From positions 62,001 to 126,000 of the forward strand of contig JAXLNO010004761.1 of NCBI GenBank assembly GCA_038087875.1: 64,000 nt of DNA, read 5' to 3'. The translations under genes were made by a program, and so were the position numbers. This document shows, in pieces, positions 13,810 to 27,990 of this stretch. Numbering within the stretch: the first letter of the stretch is position 1; each line of letters begins with the position of its first letter. The stretch is from Malacoraja senta. Its lineage: Eukaryota. The notes under the pieces are model-generated. The model did not search any database. It saw only the letters and a list, made by a program, of their open reading frames with translations, and had not been told where the DNA came from.

Positions 13810-14140
13810 CAGGGTGGGGGTTCAGGGAAAAAGGGGGTTCCCACCACCAGGGTGGGGGTTCAGGGAAAGAGGAGGTTCCCATCACCAGGGTAGGGTGTTC
13901 GGGGAAAGACGGGGTTCCCATTTCCAGGGTGGGGGTCCAGTGAAAGAGAGGGTTCCCATCACCAGGGTGCGGGTTCAGAGAAAGAGGGATTCCCATTACC
14001 AAAGTGGGAATTCAGGGAAAGGGGGGTTCCCATCACCAGGGTGCGGGTTCAAGGAAAGAGGTGGTTCCCATCACCAGGGTGGGGGTGCAGGGAAAGAGGG
14101 GGTTCCCATCACCAGGGTGGGGTTCAGGGAAAGAGGGAGC
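13810..14140. repeat. About 39-bp G-rich minisatellite (ccagggtgggggttcagggaaagagggggttcccatca), about 8 copies
   Basis: Periodicity directly visible. A short version lies at about 15220-15290. Confidence 0.9.
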
Positions 14141-17100
14141 TCTTAGCCGAGGAAAGGTGAAGGAAAATGTCAAAGTTTCCTGAAGAATGGAACATCAACC
14201 AAGAATGTTGTCATTAAACGCCTGCTTGGATTGTCGATGACTTCCGAGGCAAATTCCCAGGCTTTCATCGTTAAAGTTTGACCACTCAATGTCTGTAATA
14301 AAATTGCATCTTTACCCCCCCCCCCCCATCAACAACAAAGAGACATTCAGACGCAGTGAGAACCAGAATGCAGCAAGAGACACAATAAGAAAGAATTGAA
14401 CTGAATAAATCTCATCTTTAACGTTCAAATTGTTGCTGCATTTTAAGTTATTCACATTTTAGGCATTAATATCCCTTTTCCACTTGCCATGCCCGTCAGC
14501 TGTGCCTGCGCAGTAATGCCTGCATATTCTACATCACAATGGGAGCCCAATGGGCGGAATGGATGCGCTGTCGGAGAGCGGCTAAGAACGGATGCGGGGA
14601 GGGGGATGGAGTGAGTGCGTGGGGGGCCTGGAAGGGCAAGGAGCGGAGTGAGGGGGTGAGATCAGGAGCGTCACAACCGGAATACGTCAGCCACGCCTGC
14701 GTAGTTGGGGCTATGGGTGAGTGGTGGAATATTGCGTTGGGGGACCAGGCCTCCTGTGTCAGAATGAACTTAGTCGAGTGAACATTAAATTACTTTCCCT
14801 GCAACAGCAGCCAACTAGGATTACATTAACCAGGGAATGTAACCTGGTCCAAAACAAAGTGCTGGAGGTACTTGGCAGATCAGGCACCATCTACCCGACC
14901 ACAAAGGGAATGGACAGATGCGGTCATTTCCTGTTCGGACCCTTTCAGACTGATGGAGTCGGACAGAGAAAGTGGGATAGAGGTGAGAGCAGGATAAAGC
15001 CTGTGATGTGATTAGTGGATACAGGGGAGAGTGCGATGGGTTGTGACATTGGCTAGGGGTGACAAGGAGACAAAAGGTGCAACAGATGAGAAGAGTGAAA
15101 CGTAAAGCTGGAGGGAGGGATACGGGTGGAAGGGGATAGAGTGAAATATGAGACTGGTTTGGGAGGTGAGCATACACAGGGAAGGAGCAGAGTGACCAAG
15201 GTGTTGAGGGAAGTGTTCACACCAGGGGGGGTGTGCAGGGAAAGAGGGGGTTCCCATCACCAGGGTGGGGATTCAGGGAAAGAGGGAGCTCTTAGCCAAG
15301 GAAAGGTGAAGGAAAATGTCAATGTGTGAGAGTTGGCAGCCCTGCATTCAGGACCTGATGCAAAATTCAGAGCAATGGTCAAGGCTGCATGAAGAGCTGC
15401 CTTGCAATTTAACCACAATGATTCGTCTATTCTGAGCTCTGGGCTGTTTCACTTCCTGTTTTTATCTCAACTAAATTTCACAATGTGTAAATAAACATCA
15501 GAAGTGTGAAGGACAAAGAAAACATCCCAAAACCTATTGAAACATGCAAAAGAGAATCAGGGGTGGATTATTTGTCACTTTGAGCCTGTTCAATCATTCC
15601 AAACAATCTCATATTCCAATTCTCTCCCGATAAATGTTGATGCATTTTATGTCAAATAAATCTAACCCCTACCTAACAGGATTCAGTGACCTGCCATCTA
15701 CCATTTTCTGTGGGGTGAATTTCAATGGCTCACCATATTCACAATGAAGAAATGTCTCAGCCCTAAATGTTTCACCCCTTATCTTGCGTCCAAAACCCCT
15801 TGTTCCAGATCCTACAGTCACTGGAAATATCTTTATGTATCAAGTCTGTCTAGCTCTGCTTTGAATGTTGTTTAATTTAGAGAGGTAATGTTTAAATCTT
15901 CCAAACTCCCGTGACTACTGGCTCAGTCAGCTCCTCCTCTCCTTACACATTAGTCCTGCCATTCCAGGAATCAGTCTGGTCAGCCTTGGCTGCATTACAT
16001 CTGTGGCTGAAAAACCCTTTCTCCGGTAAGGAGAGCACAAAGACATGTTTGGAAAGACATGGGCCAGGCACAGCCAATTGTGATGGGGCCAGTTGGACAT
16101 CTTGGTCAGCATGTGTGCGTTGGGTCGATGTGTCTATTTCCATGCTCTACAGCTCTATGACTCTCTGCTGCATCTGTGTATATTTGGCAAGTAACTCAAC
16201 TGACTGACATCACCCGGAAACCTCTTTGCTTCCTCTTTGCTTCTCCTACTTACTCTCATTTTCATGTCATCAAACTTAGAAACATTAAATTTGTTTCCTT
16301 GTCAATACCATTGATGAACATTGAAAATAACGGACTCAAGAACTGGATTGATTCTGGATCATTCATCACCAACTGCCACCCTAACGAAGTCTTCTCTCTG
16401 TTTCCTGTCTGCCAAATAATTTTCAATTCATGCCTGTTTAATATTGTCTAATCCACATATTAAAAAATTCAAAGACCTTCTAAAAATTTGACACCTCTTG
16501 TTCTCCCTGAAACAAACAAAAACAATCTGCTGGAAGGACTCAGTGGGTCAGGCAGCATCTGTCGAGGAAAATGTGCAGATGACCCTGTATCGTGACTCTT
16601 CTTCAGTTGCCATTGGTCATCTGTCCATTTACTTCCACAGATGATTCCTGTTCCACAAATTCCCTCCAGCAGTTTGCTCTTTGCTCGTGTTTCCAGAATC
16701 TGCAAACTCTTGGGTCTCCACATCTTCTCCCTTATCTATTCTACATGGTACATCACCATCATCTCCAATAGATTTGTTAGCCATGATTTCGCTTACATAA
16801 ATTCAAAAAGACATTGTCTTATCGCATAAATTATTTTATAATATCCAAACACTGTTTTGGAACATGGAAACACCAAACCAGGTTGGAGATTGAAATATTT
16901 TTTAATGAAGTCATTTAGTAGAGAGAAACACCACTATTTTATTTTTTAATCAGTGGAAAGTAGCAAAAATAATGTTAAAAATTATGCTTTTTGGTCAAGA
17001 GACCAACAATGCAATAGTTAGTTACTATCCTTATAATAAATACATCCTCAGCACACATGCCCCATGTTCTGTTCTCACGTATTAAAAAAATCTCATAGTA

Positions 17101-19309
17101 ATAAAAAATTACATAAATAGAAATATACGGAATTACTTTTAAATGTAAAGGGTAAATAGAGACGTTGTTTCTGAAGATAACATCAGCGTGAAAGATGAAG
17201 GATCTGTGTTAGGCCCTGTTTACACTTCTGCTGTGAAACTCAGCAAGTGCCCCAACGGAGACATTTGCACCAGATAAGACAGGTGATGATCCCAGTGTTT
17301 AGAATGTGAGAGTGACAGACAGTGTGAGTTGGAGGGGGAGATGAGATGAATTACGAAGAGAAAGATTCAGGGACTGGGGAAAAATATCAAAACAGAGGGT
17401 GAGCAGCAATAAAAACGAATTGTATTTCTCTGCAGAATTCACACAATATGGGGGAAATGAGTTGTTAACCCGGATTAAGGAAGGAGCCTGATTAGATTTC
17501 TTGTCACAATGAGGACGACACTAACTCCTGAGCTGATGATGAGCTGCACTTTGTGATTCCCTCCAGAATTTTTGCTTATAAATCTTTGTTTTTGGATATG
17601 GGCCTTAGTGCTTAGGCTTCCATTTTTAACCCATGAGGATGTGACCATCCTTATTTCACCACTGAGGTGTTTAGTAAATTATGTAAATGAAAGGAGTAGG
17701 CCCCACAAATAACGAAGGACCACCAACATCGTTCTTGATGTTGCTGTACTGAGGGACAACAAAGTCTATCTTTCTTGGCTAACAACCTAACCTTCAGCCT
17801 CCAAGATGCAGGTACATTTTCTAGCAATGTTACTAAATTTTGAGATATTAAAAATCAAGTCTGCAATTTATCCCATCAGATAAAGCATAAAAAGTTTAAT
17901 TTGACGCCTAATTCACTTTCATATCTTCAGTATTAATAAAGTTATGGCCATTTTCATACTCGGAAATTAGTATCTTGTTCCCTATTGCTTTTCCATTGAC
18001 TTAACACAAAAGCTGTGACCGAGGACAGTCAAAAGCCAATAACTTTCTTAAAAATTACGAGAACTGAATGATATTTTCAGTTATTATAGATTGAAGCATT
18101 CTGAAACAAATATAAAACATCTTACTTGGATGACCTGAAATTAAAGCATATAATTAGTTAATTACCTAATTGTAGCTAATTACAAAATTGACCGTTGTGA
18201 CGGAAATAGTAATAAACACCCAGACTGCCTTGAAAATTCAAAAATGTGATATTCTCAAGATCAGAACTTTAATATTATTGTATTATATGCTGTAAGTCTG
18301 TAACAGATAGGTAAATACATTACAATTTCTAGCAATAGACTAGGTCTTTATGGAGAAGATCAGTTGCTAGCTGGTACATTGGCATATCATAATCAGTAGC
18401 ATCATCATACTCCTCAGATTGTAACCAATAAGCAACTCTGTGCACCTTGTTTTTCCTCAACTTTTCCATTTTGGCATTGTAAACTACAAGTTTTTGCTCT
18501 TTAAATCACGCATGACATGCCTTTCTGCCCACTACTTTCCCCATTAAGAATGTCCTGTAGATTCCCTTTCTTAAGAAAAGGATAATTTAAAACAAATAGC
18601 CTAAGTATCAAAATAACAAACTAATCCCATTCACACAGGAATTCACAATATAACATGATTTTTAAATCTCATTGTCATGAATTTATATGCCAGATGGAAG
18701 GAATTTAATGTTTAATTCCCATAAACTAATCTAGAAACATCCACTCAATATAATCAAAATCTCTGTAGAACCTGCAATGTGGTGTTACATATATATTGCA
18801 ATTAGTGATGGAAATGGGTTTTAGGACTGGGGATGCGCTAAGGTCCGTGAGGCTGAGGTTGGGCAGGAAGGGGAGGGGGTAGTCGCTATAAGCCCCCCAT
18901 GAGAAATTGTATCTAACACTGATATTGAAGATAGACAAAAGCTGGAGTAGCTCAGCAGGACAGGCAGCGCAGCGACTCTGGAGAGAAGACCCTTCTTCAG
19001 ACTGAACTGAACGGTGAGAGTACTTGTGATTGTCTAAAGAAGGGTCTCGACCAGAAACGCAACCCTCTCCCCAGAGCCCCTGCCCGTCCTGCTGAGCCAC
19101 CACAGACAGGGAGTTGAAGGTAGACACAGGGGGGTCCACCTTCAACTTCAGAGCCAAACAAAAAACACAGAGTGCTGGAGGAACTCAGCGGGCAAGGCAG
19201 CACCCGCGGAGGGAACATATTACTGATCAGGAGCCGCCACGGGCCAGGACTCTCCCCCCCCCACCCGAACAGAAAGGAACCGCAGATGCAGCCGTCACTG
19301 CAAAACGTC

Positions 19310-19520
19310 TAAGAAGGAACTGCAGATGCTGGAAAATCGAAGGAAGACAAAAATGCTGGAGAAACTCAGTGGGTGAGGCAGCAACTATGTAGCGAAGGAA
19401 ATAGCCAACGTTTCGGACCAGGTCTGAAGAAGGGTTTCGACCCGAAACGATGCCTATTTCCTTTGCTCCATAGATGCTGCCTCACCCGCTGAGTTTCTCC
19501 AACATTTTTGTCTACCGCAA
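19310..19520. mobile_element. Penelope-like terminal repeat, inverted pair, with a hammerhead-like motif
   Basis: Left arm is the reverse complement of the right arm. CTGAAGA-A-GGGT-TTCG-ACCC-GAAAC at 19424-19448. Confidence 0.6.
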
Positions 19521-19879
19521 AACGTCAATGATTCCGGGAATGCCGAGAGAGCTGGAGAGAGACGAGATGGGGAGCGGGAGAGAGAGAGCGCGCGAGAGAG
19601 AGAGAGGGAGGGAGAGAGCGAAAGACAGAGAGACACAATGTGGGTCAGTAGGTCCATACATTGATGACACATTCTATAACTACTTGCTAACTACTGGCTG
19701 TTAAGAAGTGCTACAATAATAGTTAACAAATCGTTTATGTCTGACGGCCGTGCAGCGGTTGTTATCCATGTTCGTTTTGTAAAAAAATCCGTATGGCGAA
19801 TGTTAAAAAAAAAATCTTTATTTAACAAAGCGAATATGTATTTCCGTACGAAATACGGAAAATTAACGCGGGGCTCCCC

Positions 19880-19935
19880 TTAGGCGCGGGCCCCAATTGG
19901 GAGACATCGGTCCAATCGGCTTAAGGTCGGCCCTG
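19880..19935. mobile_element. Possible hAT-like DNA transposon terminus
   Basis: Ends in gcttaaggtcggccctg, similar to CAGGGCCGGCC-type TIRs. No partner TIR found. Confidence 0.3.
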
Positions 19936-19946
19936 CCCTGACTCTA

Positions 19947-20435
19947 CTAACTTCAAGAGCCCTATCTAGCTCTCTCTTGAAAGCATCCAGCGAAGCGACC
20001 TCCACAACCCTCTGAGGCAGAGAATTCCACACTCACAACCCTGTGTGAAAAAGTTTTTCCTCATCTCCGTTCCAAATGGCTTGCCCCTTATTCTTAAACT
20101 GTGATCCCTGGTTCTGGACTCTCCCAACATCAGGAACAAATGACCTGCCTCTAGTGTGTCCAAACCCTTAATAATCTTATATGTTTCAATAAGATACCCT
20201 CTCATCCTTCTAAATTCCAGAGTATACAAGACCAGACGTTCCATTCTCTAAGCATATGACAGTCCCGTCATCCCGGGAATTAACCTTGTAAACCTACGCT
20301 GCACTCCCTCAATAGCAAGAATGTCCTTCCTCATATTAGGGGACCAAAACTGCGCACAATACTCCAGGTGTGGTCTCACTAGGGCCCTGTACAACTGCAG
20401 AAGGACCTCTTTGCTTCTATACTCAACTCCTCTTG
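19947..20435 (-). mobile_element. CR1 LINE 3' fragment
   Basis: LEFRRMRG.LIETYKI peptide and typical CR1 3' UTR. Confidence 0.88.
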
Positions 20436-21118
20436 TTTGAATCCTTTATCCTTTAAATGTAAAGGATGCCCTTTGTGTTCATATTAAACCTTATCATCTC
20501 ACCTCAAACCCGTGTCCTCTGGTTCTTGATACCCCCACACTGGAAAAAAGGCTCTGTTCATTCAGCCTATCTATTCCCCTCAATAATTCAACTATCTCAG
20601 CCTCCTGCACTCCAAGGAATAAAGTCTGAGGGAGCACAATTTTTCAGGCCCATACAGCTGATCCAATATTGGTCTCAACACCACCTTCCCACTTTTCCCA
20701 CGTCTCCTGACTTCTGTTGAGTTTATAGTCAAGCATCCTCTTCCTTGAACATATTCAATGTCTCAGCCTCTGCAGCTCCTTTGGGAAGATGACATCAAAA
20801 ACTGTTGTGCCAGTCAGAGCAATATGGGATAACTTTGGTGTAATGACAAAACATTGTCCTCAATGAGTGTGCAATGGTCTTCTGATTTCTGCCAAAGCCA
20901 TGGTCAACAGCTTCACCTGTTGCAGGTGGACAGGAGAGGAGGAGGTCAAGTAGGTCAATCCCTTGTGTTGGCTCATTCTCTACCTGCTGTAGAAAGAGCC
21001 TGGCAGACACATCCTTCATGGTTTGGCCATCTCAGTGAGTGGTCGTGTGACCAAGCCACTCCCAATGATGGATGCTGAGGTCCACACCCAGTGTACACTC
21101 TGTACTCTTGCTTCTTTT

Positions 21119-22750
21119 AGAAACATAGAAACATAGAAATTAGGTGCAGGAGTAGGCCATTCGGCCTTTCGAGCCTGCACCGCCATTCAATATGATCATG
21201 GCTGATCATCCAACTCAGTATCCAGTACCTGCCTTCTCTCCATACCCTCTGATCCCTTTAGCCACAAGGGCCACATCTAACTCTCTCTTAAATATAGCCA
21301 ATGAACTGGCCTCGAGTACCCTCTGTGGCAGAGAGTTCCAGAGATTCACCACTCTCTGTGTGAAAAAGTTCTTCTCATCTCGGTTTTAAAGGATTTCCCC
21401 CCTTATCCTTAAGCTGTGACCCCTTGTCCTGGACTTCCCCAACATCGGGAGCAATCTTCCTGCATCTAGCCTGTCCAACCCCTTAAGAATGTTGTAAGTT
21501 TCTATAAGTTCCACTCTCAATCTCCTAAATTCTAGAGAGTATAAACCAAGTCTATCCAGTCTTTCTTCATAAGACAGTCCTGACATCCCAGGAATCAGTC
21601 TGGTGAACCTCCTCTGCACTCCCTCTATGGCAATAATGTCCTTCCTCAGATTTGGAGACCAAATCTGTACGCAATACTCCAGGTGTGGTCTCACCAAGAC
21701 CCTGTACAACTGCAGTAGAACCTCCCTGCTCCTATACTCAAATCCTTTTGCTATGAAAGCTAACACACCATTCGCTTTCTTCACTGCCTGCTGCACCTGC
21801 ATGCCTACTTTCAATGACTGGTGTACCATGACACCCAGGTCTCGCTGCATCTCCCCTTTTCCTAGTCGGCCACCATTTAGATAATAGTCTGCATTCCTGC
21901 TTTTGCCACCAAAATGGATAACCTCACATTTATCCACATTATACTGCATCTGCCAAACATTTGCCCACTCACCCAGCCTATCCAAGTCACCTTGCAGTCT
22001 CCTAGCATCCTCCTCACAGCTAACACTGCCCCCCAGCTTAGTGTCAACCGCAAACTTGGAGATATTGCCTTCAATTCCCTCATCCAGTTCATTAATATAT
22101 ATTGTAAATAGCTGGGGTCCCAGCATTGAGCCTTGCGGTACCCCACTAGTCACTGCCTGCCATTGTGAAAAGGACCCGTTTACTCCTACTCTTTGCTTCC
22201 TGTTTGCCAGCCAGTTCTCTCTCCACATCAATACTGAACCCCCAATGCCATGTGCTTTTAGTTTTTATACTAATCTCTTATGTGGGACCTTGTCGAATGC
22301 CTTCTGGAAGTCCAGATACACCACATCCACTGGTTCTCCCCTATCCACGCTACTAGTTACATCCTCGAAAAATTCTATAAGATTCGTCAGACATGATTTA
22401 CCTTTCGTAAATCCATGCTGACTTTGTCCAATGATTTCACCACTTTCCAAATGTGCTGCTATCCCATCTTTAATAACTGACTCTAGCAGTTTCCCCACTA
22501 CCGATGTTAGATTAACTGGTCTGTAATTCCCCATTTTCTCTCTCCCTCCCTTCTTAAAAAGTGGGGTTACGTTTGCTACCCGCCAATCCTCAGGAACTAC
22601 TCCAGAATCTAAAGAGTTTTGAAAGATTTTTACTAATGCATCCACTATTTCTGGAGCTACTTCCTTAAGTACTCTGGGATGCAGCCTATCTGGCCCTGGG
22701 GATTTATCGGCCTTTAATCCATTCAATTTACCCAAAACCACTTCCCGACT
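21119..22750 (-). mobile_element. CR1 LINE, 5'-truncated
   Basis: ORFs 22265-22798 and 21386-22231 carry RT motifs; (ctatgttt)n tail. Confidence 0.95.
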
Positions 22751-24129
22751 TTTAATGTCATTCGAGATTTTGCTCAGCTGACCAATAATGGTGGGCATTC
22801 AATAGGACAGTGAAAGCTTCCCAATGGTGAAATCTGTGGAATCCTTCCCATGAAGAGGCAAGTGAGGAAAAAGTATGTTCTTTCTCCTTTCACCAGGGCC
22901 AATCCTCTCTCCGGGAATGGTTCAGTTTATCCTAATGGGTGCAATGGAATTGCCAGCATGTTTAATGAACACAACCCTCTATGGAGGTTTTTTCATCATG
23001 AAATGGCAGGACCTCACTGGATTGCATGTACTTTCTCGTGGAACATCAGGCCCAGCAGCATGCAGCAAAGCACCTGGAGCTCTCCCATTTGAGATCCATT
23101 CGAAATGTTCAAAATCCCAAAGGTGCAAGTTCCATTCCAGATGGAATCTTTATTTGTGATATAATTCTATACCTGAACCCATTTGTATCAACACCAGTGG
23201 TGCCGGAACCCTGAGCTGGAGGGGGAGTGTCATTTAGTTTGACAAGAGGCAGTGTCAGTTACTGTGCAGTGTGAGGGAACCTCAGCTTGTCCTGTGCTGG
23301 GTTCAAAGCCACGTTGCTGCTTCTCCAGAATTCCACACAAGTTCCTCTGCAGAAGGTCAGTAAACTTCAGACATTATTCTTCATTGGTAATAGTGGATTA
23401 AATGAACGGGATTAAATGATTGAAATGTAGTTTGCAAAACTGATGTACTTCTTCAAATGTTATTGTGAAATGTGTTCTCCTATTACAATGATGGTGTCTT
23501 CACTAAAAAGGGAACAAATTTCATTATTTTTGCTACATCCGACTGATTAAAATCTAAAATAGCGGTGTTTCTCTTGACTATTCAAATGCACTTTATTCTT
23601 TCCAACATTTCAAATTTCCTGTTTCCTACCTGCTGTATGAAAAGATTTCAATATATAACCTTGTTTGTTGTTTCTGCTTTCCAAAACAATGTTTTGATCT
23701 TTAAAAAAAAGAAATTGTTGGGTGAAACATTTTCCTCGACAGATGCTGCCTGAGCCCTGAGTTCCTCCAAGAATTTGTTTGGGTTTTTTTTTGCTTCAGG
23801 GAGAAGAAGTGGATGTGTTGAATTTTCAGAATGTCTTTGATAAAACCATGCATAAAAGATCAACAAGGAATATTAAAATATGTGGATTTGGCAATGTTCA
23901 ACTGGGATGGATTGAAAATTCTTTAGCAGGCTCGGAACCGAGACTTCTTTTGGGTGGCACATGGTGACTAATAAGCCATCATTGAAACCATTGCTTGAGC
24001 CTGTTATTTTCAATGTACATTAATGATTTTGACAAGGAAGTTAATTTAATATTTCTAAGTTTGATGACATGAAACTGAGAGTAATTAGGAGAAGCAAAGA
24101 GGATGCAAAGAGATTTTCAGGTGATCTCA

Positions 24130-25065
24130 GTCAATAGACAATAGACAATAGGTGCAGGAGTAGGCCATTCGGCCCCTCGAGCCAGCAAAGCCATTCAATG
24201 TGTTCATGGCTGATCATCCCCAATCAGTATCCCGTTCCTGCCTTCTCCCCATATCCCCTGACTCCGCTATTTTTAAGAGCCCTATCTAGCTATCTCTTGA
24301 AAGCATCCAGAGAACCTGCCTCCACCGCCCTCTGAGGCAGAGAATTCCACAGATTCACAACTCTCTGTGAGAAAAAGAGTTTCCTCATCTCCGTTTTAAA
24401 TGAAGATTTATTCTTAAACTGTGGCCCCTGGTTCTGGACCCCCAACATCGGGAACATGTTTCCTGCCTCTAGCGGGTCCAAACCCATAACAATCTTATAT
24501 GTTTCAATGAGATCCCCTCTCATCCTTCTAAACTCCAGAGTGTACAAGCCCAGCTGCTCCATTCTCCCAGCATATGACAGTCCCGCCATCCCGGGAATTA
24601 ACCTTGTAAACCTACGCTGCACTCCCTCAATAGCAAGAATGTCCTTCCTCAAATTAGGGGACCAAAACTGCACACAATACTCCAGGTGTGGTCTCACTAG
24701 CGCTCTGTACAACTGCAGAAGTACCCCTTTGCTCCTATATTCGATTCCTCTTGTTATAAAGGCCAACATGCCATTCGTTTTCTTCACTGCCTGCTGTATG
24801 CTTACTTTGATAGACTGATGAACAAGGACCCCCAGATCCCGTTGTATTTCTCCTTTTAATGTTCTTCTTTATATTCCTGGCCAGCTGCCCCTTGTACTTC
24901 ATCTTTTCAGCCCGTATTGCCAGTTTTGTTTCCTTCTGTTGTCCTATGAAAGTTTTCCAATCCTCTGGCTTCCGGCTACTCTTTGCTGTGTTGTACATCT
25001 TTTCTTTTAGTTTTATTCTATCCCTAACTTCACTTGTCAGCCACGGTTGCCTCCTACTTCCCTTA
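24130..25065 (-). mobile_element. CR1 LINE fragment with an internal deletion
   Basis: ORF 24290-24787 is the RT C-terminus. 24850-25065 corresponds to the pre-RT linker. Confidence 0.88.
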
Positions 25066-25077
25066 GTTGAGAAAAAA

Positions 25078-25136
25078 TCAGGAAGTAAAACAGCCCAGAG
25101 ATCAAAATAGACGAATCATTGTGGTTGAATTGCATA
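25078..25136 (+). promoter_or_regulatory. Candidate haematopoietic regulatory cluster (ETS, RUNX, octamer-like)
   Basis: CAGGAAGT at 25079-25086, TGTGGTT at 25120-25126 and AATTGCAT at 25128-25135, all 115-170 nt upstream of the leader exon. Short motifs can co-occur by chance. Confidence 0.35.
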
Positions 25137-25262
25137 ACTACCCTAACTACTTGTGCTGCCACCTTCTGTGAGCTATCAACGTGGACTCCGAATGCACTGA
25201 AGATATGTGTCTCAAACTGGCTCAGTCTAAAATTCTGTTATTTCCCACAGGGAATCCACAGA

Positions 25263-25350
25263 ATGAGGCCCAGGTTTTTCTGCAGCAGTTTGCCAGCTGG
25301 TTTGATGTTCGGTGTCTTTGTTTTCTTGCTTCGACCTGTTTCCACACAGA
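25263..25350 (+). CDS. Signal-peptide exon MRPRFFCSSLPAGLMFGVFVFLLRPVSTQ
   Basis: Acceptor tttcccacag ends at 25250, ATG at 25263, hydrophobic core LMFGVFVFLL, phase-1 donor cagA|gtaagt at 25351. Confidence 0.85.
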
Positions 25351-25499
25351 GTAAGTGCTTTCTCTTCACCGGTCACAATCACGTTGCTTTACTTTATCAT
25401 TGTCCATGTAAACCGACACCCCATTGTAAATCTCTCTTTCCTCTCCACGTCCCACAAATCCACCCCATCCTTGCTGGAGCTTCATTTGTGACAGGGAGA

Positions 25500-27990
25500 T
25501 GACTAGCAACTCAATGTTCCATGTTTCTATGGGAAAAAGATGGGGGAATTGCTCTATTAATCAGGGAAACTATCTTGTTGGCACTCAGAGTGGAGACTCT
25601 GGATGGTTTGTCCATTGAGGTGATATGGGTGAAAATTAGAAAGGTGCAAGCAATTCAACGGAATTGTACGAGAGGTCCCCCAAGAGTGAGCAGGAAATAG
25701 AGGAACAGATGTTAACACAGATTACTGAAAGATTACACAAATGGATGTCTTGGGGGGTGACTAATGGTATATTCAATAGGATGTTTTGTAACAGTTGTAA
25801 CAGTTGTGAATAGTGCAACGTGAGAAAGGAATCCAAAATGGACCTTGTGTTGGGAATGGGTCTGGCCAGGTGACTGATGTTTTAGTGAAAGAGTATTTTG
25901 GAGACAGTGAATACAACTCCATAAGTTTTAAAATTGGTTAGAATTGGGATAAGTCTGTTCTGTGCGACAAGACGTTAATTTGAGTAAGGCAAATGACACC
26001 ATTATTAGGCAGGAGCTTGGTAAGGTACACTCAGAGCAGTTGTTATTAAGTTACTCCAAGTCTGAGATTGACAATTGTCTGAAGGTCAGTTGATCCAAAC
26101 TCAAGACCGGCAAGTTCCAGTAAGGAGGAGAGATAAGACTGACAAAGTAAGGGAACCTGAGATGACCAAATAAATGTGTAAATTTGGTCAAAAATAGAAA
26201 GGAAACACATGCAAGGTTCAAGAATATGATAGCAGAGAGGGCCATTGAGGAATATAAAGCAAGGAGGCAAGAGCTCAAACGGGCGATTAGAAGGGAGAAA
26301 ATAGGCCACAAAATGGCTGTGGCGATTTGGAGTAAAGAAAGTTCCAAGGCTTCTTATACTTACATTAAAATCAAGATGGTAGACAAGGAGAAGGTAAACA
26401 AGGATAAATGAAGGAAACTGAAACTGGAGTTAGGGGATGTAGGTGAGGTGTCAGATAACTCCAGGGATAAGAGGAGCAAGGGAAAAGGAAAACAAAGGAA
26501 ATAAAATAAAATATGTCAGTAAAAAGGTGGGGTGGATTGTTTGGGGATTTGTTGCCTGAAAGTCAAGAATTCAATGTTCATACCATTAAGTTGTCAGATA
26601 CCCAAGAGAAATATGAAGTGAGATTTCTTCAGTTTGCATGTGGCCTCACTGGCAATGGAGGAGGCCAAGGACAGAAAGATCAGTGTGGGAATGGGAGTTA
26701 AAATGGTTTATTTGTTTAGAGAGAGAATTCAGCGAATTAAAGAACTGTGAGTCACATGACAATATTGGAAAGGATTCTTTGGGATATAATTGACTCCCAT
26801 TTGGAACAAAATAGATGAGGGGATTAAAGACAGTAGGCATGACTTTTACGTGGCATTGTCCACAATGATTTTAGTAAGGCACTTGGTAAAGTTCTCCATG
26901 ATAGACTGATGCTGAAGATTAATAAGCATGGGATTAACATTGAATTGTTTGTCAGGATTCAGAATGGGCAGACTAGAAAACAGAGGAAAAGGCAATATTC
27001 AGGCAGGAAATCTGTGACCAGTGGAGTTCTATATGGATCTCTGCCAGGACTACTGTCGGTCATGATTTAGACAAAGAATTTAAATGTAGATGGGTTGGTT
27101 AGTACATTAGTAGATGGGAACAAGATTGCTGCACTGTGAACAACGCTGTCAAAGTATCAAAGTATGTTGTAAAGTAATGAATGGGATATAGACCAGCTAC
27201 AGAAATGGGTGGACAAATGACAGATCAAGTTTAATCCAAGCATCTGTGAGGTGTTGCACTTTGGGAGGTTGAATATAAGGGGAAGATATACAATTAACGG
27301 CAAGGCCCTTAACAGCATTGGTGTACAGAGGGACCTTGGGATCCAAGTCCCAAACTCTCTGAAAATGGTAATACAGGTAGACAGCGTGGCAAAGAAGGCA
27401 GATGGCATGCCTTTGGTTGGATCATTGGGTATAAGAGTCAGGAAGTCAGGATGTGATGCAGCTTTGTAGGACTTTGGTTAGGCCGGATTGCAAGCATTGC
27501 ATGCAGTTCTGGATGCCCCGAAAAGATGCAGAGGCTTTGGAGACAGGGCTGAGAAGGTTTACAAGAATTATGCCTGTGTTACTGGATATTAGCTACAGGG
27601 AGAGGTTGAATAGACTTGGATTGTTTTCTCTGGAATGTTTGACATTGAAGTGAGGCTTGATAGAATTCTACCAAATTATGAGCGGCAAGGTCAATGTAGA
27701 CAGTCAGAATCTTTTCCCCAGGATGGAAATATCAAATACAAGAGGGCATGGGGGGTTTTTAGGTGAGAGAGGCAAAGTGTGAAGGAGATGTGAAGGACAA
27801 GTATTTTACAGTGGTGAGTGGCTGGAACATGCTGCTGGTGGTGTTGGAGGGAGATGTGTGAATGGGATTTAAGAGACTTTTGGATAGGCACATGGACATG
27901 CAGGGAATGGCGAGATATGGATTATGTGCAGGCAGATAAGAGTTGGTCGTGGCATTATGCTCGACATCGACCTTGTGGGCCGAGGGGCTT
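25500..27990 (+). mobile_element. Old, heavily degenerate CR1 LINE in intron 1 of the Ig locus
   Basis: Residual peptides LHFGRLN, QRDLGIQV, RTLVRP and ERLNRLGLFSLE, plus a CR1-type tail. Confidence 0.75.

Noticed and set aside
16850-18800. Unique-looking AT-rich stretch searched for exons of an upstream gene
   Set aside because: No exon with a convincing frame and splice pair and no clear TIRs. Left unannotated.
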